Positions 10,911 to 22,889 of a stretch of DNA of 64,000 nucleotides are shown in pieces. The stretch is from Octopus sinensis. Its lineage: Eukaryota. Position 1 is the first letter of the stretch. The number at the start of each line of letters is the position of its first letter. A model generated the notes under the pieces. That model was given only the letters and a program-made list of their open reading frames with translations, did not search any database and was not told the DNA's origin. The stretch covers positions 19,344,001-19,408,000 of the forward strand of contig NC_043003.1 of assembly GCF_006345805.1 (NCBI RefSeq). Direction: 5' to 3'. A program made the translations under genes and the position numbers.

Positions 10911-13269
10911 TTAAGCTTAAGAAGAATGGAAAAAGAATGTCTTGGAATATTTACGCTTCTCTAATTGGTTTGGAGGCGATATATTCCTACTGACCCACGA
11001 GTAGATGTTGTGTTCTCAAACGCAAATTAACACAATTTATTTAAATCTGTTCATCATCATCGTTTAACATCCGCTTTCCATGCTAGCATGGGTTGGACGG
11101 TTCAACTGGGGTCTGGGAAGCCCGAAGGCTGCACCAGGCCAGTCAGATCTGGCAGTGTTTCTACAGCTGGATGCCCTTCCTAACACCAACCACTCCGTGA
11201 GTGTAGTGGGTGCTTTTTATGTGCCACCGACACAGGTGCCAGGCGAGGCTGGCACAGCCACGATTGGATGGTGTTTGTTACGTGCCACCAGCACGGAGGC
11301 CAGTCAATGCGGTACTGGCTACGGCCACGTACGGATGGTTTTCTTTATGTGCCACCGGCACTGGTTGTATTTTTAAAACTAGAAATGGATAAATACCGTT
11401 GCATTCCTTCATTTTATCTTCTCATCCACTATATGGTGCTTTCCAGAATGTGCATGGCTTAGTTGTTAGGTGTTCGGCTCAAGAGCATGAGTTCAATTCT
11501 CGGTGGCATGTTATGTCCTTAAGCAAGACACTTTATTACTTGTTGCTCCAGTCTACTCAGCCAGCAAAACTGAATCATACCTGTAATTCAGCCTTGTTGC
11601 ATTCTATGTCAAGCTGGATCGCCCTGAGAACTATGTTAAGGGTGCTCATGCCTGTCACTTACACATTAATTTCATGAGCAAGCTGTTCCATTGATTGGCT
11701 CAACTGGAGCAATCATCATTATTTACAGAGTTCCAGTATATTACTAATCGATTTTTTTTTTCATGTATGCTCTGGAGTACAACTTCAAGTTTATAATAAT
11801 GCTACGGTGAATGTAATTATATAAAGCACTTTTAATGGTAACGACTGAGCATTTACTGATAGCATGACTCTAAACTGAAAGTAGAGTCAAGTTTTTGTGA
11901 AGATTGAATTGTCTGGGACTTTCACTGTTGCTATCGTTGCTCCAGTTTCTTCCCAAAAATACAATGTCCTAGTTATAGAGACACATGGCTGTGTGGTAAG
12001 ATGTTTGCTTCCTAAACCACTGTGAGTCACCTTTGAGCAAGTGTCTTCCACTGTAGCCTCAGGCTGATCGAAGCCTTGAGAGTGGATTTGGTTGACGGAA
12101 ACAGAAAGAAGCCCATCCTATAAATATGTATGTGTTTATCTGTGTTTGCCCCCTCACCACCACCACCACCACTGCTTGACAACCAGCGTTGGTTTGTTTA
12201 CGTCTCCCATGACTTGGCGGTTCGGCCGAAGAGATTGATAGAGTAAGTACCACGCATTAAAAACAGGTACTGAGTTCAATTTATTCGACTAAAGTTTCTT
12301 AAAGCAGTGCCTTGGCATGGCGTCAGTCTAGAGATTGGAACAAGTCAAAGATAAAAGATAAAAGAATAGCGTTGGGTCTGACGGAAGCAAAGTGACTGAG
12401 TCCCTTTCAAGTGTTGGGCCTCACAGAGCCAATAACCAAGACCTTTGGCATTATGTCATGCTTGAGAAGAAGACCCATCAAGCCGAGCAAAATTGCAGTC
12501 ATGGTAGATACTAGTGCCACACAAATTGGCACCCATGCCTGTAGCATGCAAATGGTACCTGTGCTGGTGGCACTAAAAAGCATCCATTACACTCTCGGAG
12601 TGGTTGGTGTAAGGAAGGGCATCCAGCAGTAGAAAACCATGCCAAATCAGACTGGGGTCTGGTACAGCCTCCCAGCTTGCCAACCCAGTCAAACCATCCA
12701 ACCCATGCCAGCATGGATAATGGACGTTAAATGATGATAATGATGATATATATATATATATATACATACAGTTAGCAGTAGCAAAAGAGTGACGCAAGGT
12801 TCAAGAGTTTCGTGCACTGGCACTTATCAAACGCTTGGACCTTGAATCATTCAATAGCTTTTGCTAATAATAAAAATATACATATACTCATATTTTGAGT
12901 TCTATTTTTCCTATTTTGACCAACATATATATATCACGTGATCACGTGACCGACCAGACCATTAGATGTTGCTACACATCACTGGCCACAATGCGTTCGC
13001 ATTGTTTTAGCCTTTGAATGATGCCACCTCGCTGGCTAAGCAAGCAGGCCAACAGAAGAGTGAGAGAAAGAGTGGTGAAAGAGTACAGCAGGGATCACCA
13101 ACCCCTGCCGGAGCCTCGTGGAGCTTTTAGTTGTTTTCACTCAATAAACACACACAACGCCCGGTCTGGGAATCGAAACCGCGAGTCCACTGCCCTAACC
13201 ACTGGGCCATTGCGCCTCCACATGTATGTATGTATGTATGTATGATGTATGATGTATGTATGTATGTAA

Positions 13270-13540
13270 CATAAGACAAATTATAAATGATGGTCATTAC
13301 ATATTTTTCCTTTATTAGAACAAATTTGGCTTACAGCCGTTTCCAATAGTCATTATAGGTATGTTATTGATAGGTTTACTCAGTTGGTCTAATGATCAGT
13401 TGAGAAAAATTTATCAATAGATGACTGAGTAAATCTATCGGTAATTTATTTGTAATGACTACTGGGTACAGCTGTAAGCCAATTTGTTCTAATAAAGGAA
13501 ATACATTTAACGACCATTATTTATACATTGCCTTATATAT
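13270..13540. mobile_element. Fold-back / MITE-like palindromic element
   Basis: Arms of ~110 bp with clear reverse complementarity (e.g. TTCCTTTATTAGAACAAATTTGGCTTACAGC / GCTGTAAGCCAATTTGTTCTAATAAAGGAA). Confidence 0.75.
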
Positions 13541-14170
13541 CACTCTGTAAAAACCAGTTTGACTGGAGCCCAACCATGGATTTACAGTATAGAATTGTGA
13601 TGAACAATAACCATAAGAATACTAGGAGTTCTTCACTAATCTAAACAATATCATTAGCCTGGTGTGCCAACACAGAGCTTATGAAGTATTTTACCTGGAT
13701 AATCCCTTATTGATAATCCCTTGCTATTAGCCACACACACGCACACACACACATCTTGGATTCACAAATGCAATGAAAAGTACTTAATACATCTTGTAGA
13801 ATTTATTTATATATTCATAACAAAGGCTTCGTTCTATTGCTACTCTGAGTTTCTCATTTCTGTGTCAGTATTACAGATGTAAATGAGAAACTCAGAGTTG
13901 GAATTGGGTGAAGCCTCAACTTCAAATAAACAAAAATACATATACATTTATTCCAGCAGATGATGAGTCCAAAGAAGCTGTGTCCAACCACTTAGAATAA
14001 AGAACTCAAAAGCTGAGTCTGGGAGGAATAAATATTTAATCCATAATTGTTAGTTTGACAAAATATATTTCATTTCTTTTTTCTGCCTTTGACTCTTCAG
14101 AAAGATAATCAGATGATTATGGATTAAGAATTTACATATACATGTAAATATATATATATGTATGCATGTG

Positions 14171-14213
<43 letters not shown>

Positions 14214-15470
14214 ATAATATAATAATAATAATAATATGAGGGAATATTATTCCAAACTTATAGGGAAAAATTCAATTTAGAAATACTAAATCAAATTTCA
14301 CAAAATATATATATTTATATAAATTTAAAAAAAACTACCTTTTATCGATTCAATAATGAAAAATTAAATTATACCATTTAGAAAAATTACATATTATAGA
14401 AAGATTAACTATAAGATAAAAAATATAACATTGATTAAGTAATGTGCAAAATAATAAATAAAATGTATATATTTTGTATATATACACAATATATATATAA
14501 ACAAATATATATATATATACCAAATATATACGTTTTATTTATTATTTTGCACATTACTTAATCATTGTTATATTTTTTATCTTATAGTTAATCTTTCTAT
14601 AATATGTAATTTTTCTAAATGGTATAATTTAATTTTTCATTATTGAATTGATAAAAGGTGTTTTTTTCTAATTTATATATATATATATACATACACATAT
14701 ATAGTTCTTAGATGAGAATCAGATATTCTCAGTATAGAATATACTTAGTAGTGCTCAAGAGATTTACACCTGAGCAGGTATAGAAGTAAATGTGGGGATA
14801 AGCTAGTTAGACTGGTCAATATATAAAGTATATTAAATACATGAAATACGAAAAAATGTATATGTCTCCAGTTGTAGAAACTCTGCCAGATCAGATTGGA
14901 GCCTGGTGCATGCAACCATCTGGTTCGCCAGTCCTCAGTCAAATCGTCTAACCCATGCTAGCATGAAAAGCGGACGTTAAACAACGATGATGATGATGAT
15001 GATGATACAAAAAAGGTCCAACTTACACAGAATAGAAGTGATATTGAGAATTAAAGGGGTTGAAGAAAAGTATTACAAATTCAACCCCTTTCATTCTAGA
15101 TATCATTTCTATTCTGTGTAAGTTGGCCCTTTTATGTATATAAACATACATACATTTTTTGTATCTCATATATCTAATATATTTTATATACTGATCTAAC
15201 TTGTTTATCCCTACATTTACTTATGTATATATGTGTATATCTGTGTGTGTGTGTGTGTGTGTGTGTGCATGTGTGTGTGTGTGTGCATGTGTGTGTGTGT
15301 GTGTGCATGTGTGTGTGTGTGCATGTTTATTCTTATACAAGAATTTATATATATATACAGGTAGATATAGATATAAATATTTATACACACACCACACAAA
15401 TAGGGAGAGATAAAATTTGGGGTTAATTCTTTTGTTAGAGGATTCTTCTGTGACATTTCTCCCCTAAAAT

Positions 15471-15575
15471 TTATGGAGAATATGAAGAGGAAGATGAGGA
15501 ACCACTGCTGCTGCCACTGCTGGATTTATGGTGGTGATGCTTCTTCTTTTTCTTGTGCTTGGATTTCTTGTGTTT
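15471..15575 (-). CDS. ZCCHC17: ZCCHC17 coding exon 8 (last): [34 protein letters not shown]
   Basis: Acceptor TTATTGTTAG, phase 0, 35 codons ending TAA. Confidence 0.85.
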   Translation of the reverse strand, partial: KHKKSKHKKKKKHHHHKSSSGSSSGSSSSSSYSP

Positions 15576-15654
15576 CTAACAATAATTAAAATAAATAAAA
15601 AGAGAAACAATTAGCTGAATATGTTTACTGAATAAATAAACTTTTAATTTCTTC

Positions 15655-15703
<49 letters not shown>

Positions 15704-16083
15704 TCAGATTTCCCACAATGTCAAGGCAAGGAGATAGTAAGACATACACATCATCATCATTTAATGTCCATTTTCCATACTGGTATGGCTAGGCTGATTT
15801 GACTGAAAACTGGTAAGCTAGGGAGCTGCACCAGGTTCCTTCAGGCAGCTCAGCACCTTGACACAAATAAATATATTTCATACATTATATATACCTGTCT
15901 TTGTCATCATACATACATATATATATACATCTATATATATACAGAAAAAATTGAACAACCTAAACAAATATCATCTTCAGAGTCAGTGCAACAAGTTAGC
16001 TTAGTCTACTTGTATTAATAGAGAACTTAAAGAATATTTTACCTGGATTAATAATCCCTTAATAATTATTTATGTACATACAT

Positions 16084-16139
<56 letters not shown>

Positions 16140-16498
16140 CATGGTGTTTGTTTTTAATGACTCATTCACTGTTCACTTTCTTCACATTATTCTCCATACT
16201 GTTGATGCACTTTTAGCTACTTTTTCCGATGTGTTGTAATGCACCTGAGCACTATATACAATAAGTTCATTATCGTTATTAATATTATTATTAAGGCGGT
16301 GAGCTAATAGAATCGTTAGCACGCTGCACAAAATGCTTAACTGTATTTCATCTGCCGCTATATTCTGAGTTCAAAATCCAGGTCGATTTTGCCTTTCATC
16401 CTTTCAGGGTCGATTAAATAAGAACCAGTTGTGCACTGGGGTCAATGTAATCAACTTAATCTCCCACCTCCCAAGCTGCTCTTGTTGCAAAATTTGAA

Positions 16499-16541
<43 letters not shown>

Positions 16542-17467
16542 GTTTGACTTTTGCTTTATATTTGTACAAGTTGGCTCCAAGTCTCACCCAGAGACCTCAA
16601 GAGGCAACAGGTTGGAAGTTTGTATTGTTGTTATGCCTAGTGTGCCATATATTTGGTTTTGTATTTAGTGTTGTACTAGTGAATGCCTAAAAAAAACCAA
16701 AAAAAAACCAAAAGTTATGTTTGTTTTAAAACTTGAGGTTACATAGAAAGTATGTTGCAAAGGATATGAGCAGTTCCCATGAGCCCTATCTTTTGAATTT
16801 CTGCCATTTTGGGGTTTCCTGGTATCTGAGTTAGGTAGCGATCAGCCCCTTTTGCTATCATTCCCAGGGCACCTATGACAGCAGGTATTGTTTTAGTCTT
16901 CAGGTTCCACATTTTGCTGATTTCTATTTCAAGATCTTTATATTTGCTCATTTTTTGGTAGGTCTTGACAGATACATTTATATCGATTTTGGGACAATGA
17001 GTAGGAATGTTCTTTGTTTGAAGTCTTTCAATATGATGTCTGGCCTATTTGCATCTATCTTTCTGTTAGTTTGAATGGGGAAGTTCCAGAGGAGTGAGAT
17101 GTGGTCATTTTCAAGCACTGGAGGTGGTTTGTGTTCCCACCAGTTTTTTTCATGGGGCAAATCCAGGTTTTTGCAGATTACCCAGTGAATATATTGTGCA
17201 GCTTTATCATGCCTGTTGAGATACTCTGTAGGCGCTAGAAGACTGCACTTGGAAACAACATGATCAATGGTTTCATTTTGTTGTTGACATACACGACATG
17301 TTGGGTTACTGCCGTTCTTTAATATGTTGGCCTGGTAGTTCCTTGTTGGTAGGCATTGATCTTGAGCTGCTATGATAAACCCTTCTGTTTCAGATTTAAA
17401 GCCAGAGGCCATTAGCCATTGATGGGTCAGGGCTTTGTCAACATCTGCATTATTCGCTCTCTTTGGG

Positions 17468-17504
<37 letters not shown>

Positions 17505-20364
17505 TATTATTATTATTGAGGCTGCGAGCTGGCAGAATTGTTAATCAGACTGGACTAAATGCTTAGTGGCATTTTGTCAGTTTTCACGTTCTGAGTTCAA
17601 ATTCAGCTGAAGTCGACTTTGCCTTTCATCCTTTCAGTGTCAATTAAATAAGTACCAGTTGTGCACTGGGGTCAATGTAATCGACTTTACCTTTCATCCT
17701 TTTGGGGTCAATAAAATAAAACTTCTTTGTAGACGATATTTTGTGTGTGGTCGACACTAATTTTCAAATCGCTGGGGTCCGTTGCTCTACTCATAGCAAC
17801 ATATAACTGGCCATGTGTAAAATTCGGAGTGGATAAAACTATACCTACATGATCTAAAGTCTGGACCTGTGCTTTGTTTGCTTTGAATGAGAATACCAGT
17901 TTTATAGGAAACTGCACTTGTCCTGATTTTGGCGAGCTAGAGTGTTCCTTATCTGTTCTGAAGCTCTCACTTGAGGATTTTTGCGTGGTACTTGGCGAGC
18001 TAAAGTGTCCCAGCTCTGTTCCAAAGCTCTCACTTGAGGAATTCATCATCGTTTAACATCCGCCCTCCATGCTAGCATGGGTTGGATGATTTGACTGAGG
18101 ACTGGTGAACAAGATGGCTGCACCAGGCTCCAATCTTGATCGATTGCACCAGGCTCCAATCTTGGTAGAGATTCTACAGCCGGATGCCCTTCTTAATGCC
18201 AACCACTCCGAGAGTGTAGTGGGTGCTTTTAAGTGCCACCAGCATGAGGGCCAGTCAGGCTATACTGGCAATGGCTATGCCCAAATGGTGTTTTTTTTTT
18301 ACGTGCCACATGCACACTGGCACAAGTGCCAGTAAGGCGACACTGGTAACAAACATGCTCGAAAGGTGCTTTTTACATGCCACCGGCACGGACGCCAGTT
18401 AGCCGCTCTGGCAACAATCACACTTGGATGGTGCTCTTAGTGTTCCACTAGCACAGATGCCAGTCATCAAATTTGATTTCTCTGTTATTTGGTGAGCTAG
18501 TGTATCCCTGCTCTGTTCCGACGTTGTCACTTCTGTATCACAGTGAATTCTATGAGTTTCCATATCCTTATTCTGTTGGGCTTGTCTCTATTAACTGTTA
18601 GATTCTCTCTTACATTTTATAGCGGCAGCTTTCCTGATAGTCCTACTGATTCCTGATTTCCATTTCCAGGTCATATTGGCATGGAATGAAGGAAAATTTA
18701 ATAAAGCATTACACAGCATTTTGCATACAATCATTATTGACAAACCTTGTAGTAGTCATACACCGATTAAAAATGAACCAAAGCCATCACAATCATTTGT
18801 TAATAAAGCTATCCAAAACTAACTTTCTTATATGGAAAAGTAAGTTGATTTACTTTCCTTTGCTTCTTTTATTAGGAGTTATCTTCCTTTAATTTTTGTT
18901 TACTTTTTTACGACCGTAATTTTTATTTACTTTTTTGTATGCCCATAAACTGAACAACTGCGCTCAATAGCCACTAAATAATCATACTTTTTCAAATATT
19001 TTCCGCTAAAAACCTGCCTGATTACCTCCTTGGTAATCCTGAAAAAAATTGTGACCATTGATCCAGACGTTTCACCATGAAGAGGGTACAGACAGACAGA
19101 CTGACATAATACCCATTATAGTATGATGATTATTATGAAGATTATGACAATGATACTGACAACAACAATGACTGCAACAAAGCCAGCCACAGATTATGGA
19201 ATAAAGAAAGATTCACTGGTTAAGCATCTTAACACTACACTACATTACGCCGTACCATGCCATACTTCACTCAGTAGCTAATCTCTCTATATATAAAGCT
19301 GAAGTTGTCTGTATGACAGGTTTGGTAGCTTTCAACTAACACTTTCTCCTCCAAGACCCTGCGGTGCAAGTTGACCAAAATTCAGAGTATGATAGAAGAA
19401 GGCTTGCTCTTCCTTCCGTAGAAGAAAAAATTCAAATCGGACCATGTTAACACCAAAAATTATTTACATCAAAAAGGTGCTTTTTTTTCTATGAAAATCC
19501 CTACTTTTTACGATTTTTTGACTGCTGTGTCGCCAATTTTTGGTGTATTTCAACCAGAAAAATGTTCACTTAAAGAGAATAACAAGCTACATAATGCAAT
19601 ATTTTTACTTTTCAAAAATTCCAATTCTAAAGGGTCGAAACAAACCCGAGCAATGCCGGGTGATAATGCTAGTAATGAATAAAGTTGACTACTTACATCT
19701 GAAGAACTCTTGGATTCTTTCTTATGTTTCTTTTTCTTCTTTTTGTGTGCCTTTTTGGCTTTTTTCTCCTGATGAAAGAAATTGAATTAAGGAAATTACA
19801 TTCTAATAATTTGTTACACAACAATTTTAAGGAGGAGGGGTTAGACAATTACATTGACTCCTCAGTCCTTGACTGATACTTTAGTTTACTGCCTCCTGAA
19901 AAGAAGAAAGGCAAAGTTGGCCTTGGCAGAATTTGAACTTAGAATTTAAAGAACCAAAAGAGATGCTACTAAACATTTTCTCAGGTATGCTAATGACTCT
20001 ACTAGCTCAGTATCTTAATAATAATTTTTTTTTTTTATGCACCCTTTTCAAGCCTAGCCAGGCTCATGGGCCCAGTTTCCCGGTTTCTATGGCATATATG
20101 TTCCCCCCAGCTGGATGGGATGCCAGTCCATTGCAGCGTTACTCAAGAAACAGGAAGAAAGAGAGAAAGTTGGGGTGAAAGAGTACAACAGGGGTTACCA
20201 CCATCCCCTGCTGGAACCTTGTGGAGCTTTTTAGGTGTTTTCGCTCAATAAACACACAACGCCTGGTCTGGGAATCGAAACCACGATCCTCCGACCGTGA
20301 GTTCACTGCCCTAACCACTGGGCCATTGCGCCTCCACAATAATAATATATATATACTATATACA

Positions 20365-20406
<42 letters not shown>

Positions 20407-22468
20407 CATATATATACATATATGTATATATATACATGCATATAAAACAATGATTATTTGCCAACTTAATGTGGTAGTCCTGTTTGGGGTAAATGCTACT
20501 GTTGTTTAGCTCCAGGAGACATCATCTCCAGCTGGCTATATGACACATGATCTGTGTCCTTATATTTTCAAACAGGGGAGATTAGAACCCCCACCCAGCA
20601 CAAAGCCAAACAACAGTAACATTTGCTCTAAATAGGGCTGCCACATTAGTTTGATAATTAACTATTACTTTAAAGTGCTGCTATTGAATATCTCTCGTTG
20701 AGAGATTTGTGAACAACACTGTTTCTACATGCATATATATATATATATATATATATATACAAATAAATACATAAACACACACATATACAAACATATATGT
20801 ATTTATACTTACACACACATATACACCACTATCCAAAAGTTTAAGATCACCTAAACTTATTATTCATACAAAATGGAAATAACAGACATTCTGGTGAAAT
20901 ATTTTATTTTATGTATAATTACATTCAATGAATCACACACACACACATATATAAAACTGCCTACAGTTTATAGATGGGTAATTAGTTTTCTTTGTACAAG
21001 ATCAGATTGGAGCTTGGTGCAGCCTACTGGCTAGCCAGTCCCCGGTCAAACCATCCAACCCATGCCAGCATGGAAAACATATGTTAAATGATGATGATGA
21101 TGAAGTATTCAGCTAAGTAAACAGCTTATTGGATTTTCCACGAAATCCATACACACTGATAGCAAAAGTACCATGCTAAATGACAAGTTGGTTTTTTCCA
21201 CACATTTAGGTGTGGTGACACAAAGTGAATTACCTCATGGGTCAGAGCAAGGGATGGGCTAACACAGTGACAGTGACACATGGACACGATTTAGAAACGA
21301 ATGACATTAAAATGTACCTGTGCCTATCTTATGGTCTAGACTACATAGAAACCTTTTGGCAAATCCTGTTGTGTCTGGGGAGAGTCATTTTCTCTTTGTG
21401 CCTTATAATTTAACACACTCATTGGTAAAATTTCCACTTATTTCTTATTTTTATTTTCCTAAAATTTTCATTGCGTCTTACAACCTTTTTGGTAAATCCT
21501 TCTTCCTCTGAACTATTGATCACCTATTTTCCCCCTCCAGTCCCTAATTTTGTAAAGTGGTGAAATGGAAATCCTTATAGCATCAAATAGAATCCTTTGC
21601 AGTATTCATCCTGGCTCTGAGTTCAAATCCTGCTGAGGTCAAATTTTCCTTTCATCCATTCAAGGGCTAGTCCAGTACTGAGGTTGCTTCTTTCTTTCTC
21701 TCTCTCTCTTTCTCTCTCTCACACACACACACACATTCTCTTGTAGAAATCAGTTACAGTTAGATCTGGAGAGGAATGGGCACTAACAGCTTTAACCTTT
21801 TAGAACTTAAACTGACTACATCTGGCTCAAATATTCAACCTATCTTTTTTATACATTCAACAGGCCAAATGCAGCCACTCAAGCCTACCTACAATGTCCT
21901 GCTAAAAGGAAACAATTACAACATTAAAATCTCAAAGATATGAGATAATGCATGATTAATTCAAAACATTGTGAATAAATAAGTGTTAAATTTGACAGAG
22001 TAATCTGAATGCTAAAGACATGATGAATTTCATGACAACATTCCTACAACTTAACCATTAGAAGGCTCAAGGAAAGAAGGATTAACTTGGTAACAGATCA
22101 ATCTGACACAAACTATTCAAACTACATTCTGTTATTTATAGTTCACAGTCAACAAGGAAGTTGTAAAAAGCACCTAAACGTTGATATATATACAGAGAGA
22201 GAGGTTGGGAGGACAGCTATTAAAAGAACTATCAATTACAAATATTTCAGCAAAAACCTATCATAAAAAAAAATGTGTCAGTGGACATGTCACCAAACAT
22301 TAATTTTGTGAGTAGGTGTGGCTGTGTGGTAAGAAGTTTGGTTGACAACCACATGGTTTCAGGTTCAATCCCACCATGTGGCATCTTGAGCAAGTGTCTT
22401 CTACTAAAGCCTCAGGCCAACCAAATCCTTGTGAATAAATTTGGCAGACAGAAACTGAAAGGAACCAG

Positions 22469-22529
<61 letters not shown>

Positions 22530-22831
22530 TTCTTCTACTATTTTACTTGTATCAGTCATTTGACTGTGGCCATGCTGGAGCACCGCTTTTAGTTGAGCAA
22601 ATCGACCCCAGGACTTATTCTTTCTAAGCCTAGTACTTATTCTATAGGTCTGTTTTGCTGAATCACTAAATTACAGGGACGTAAATACACCAGGATCGGT
22701 TGCCAAGCGATGTTGGTGGGGACAAACACAGACACACAAACATATACACACATACATACATATATATATATGTATATAAATATGCATGTATGTATGTATG
22801 TATGTATGTATGTATGTGTGTGTGTGTATAT

Positions 22832-22889
<58 letters not shown>

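Noticed and set aside
13950-14030. Hammerhead-like traces (CAGAUGA..GAGU/ACUC..AAAA; also GAGAAU/AUUCUC stem at ~14712-14730)
   Set aside because: Both core boxes are mutated or missing and stem III is unconvincing; at most decayed remnants.
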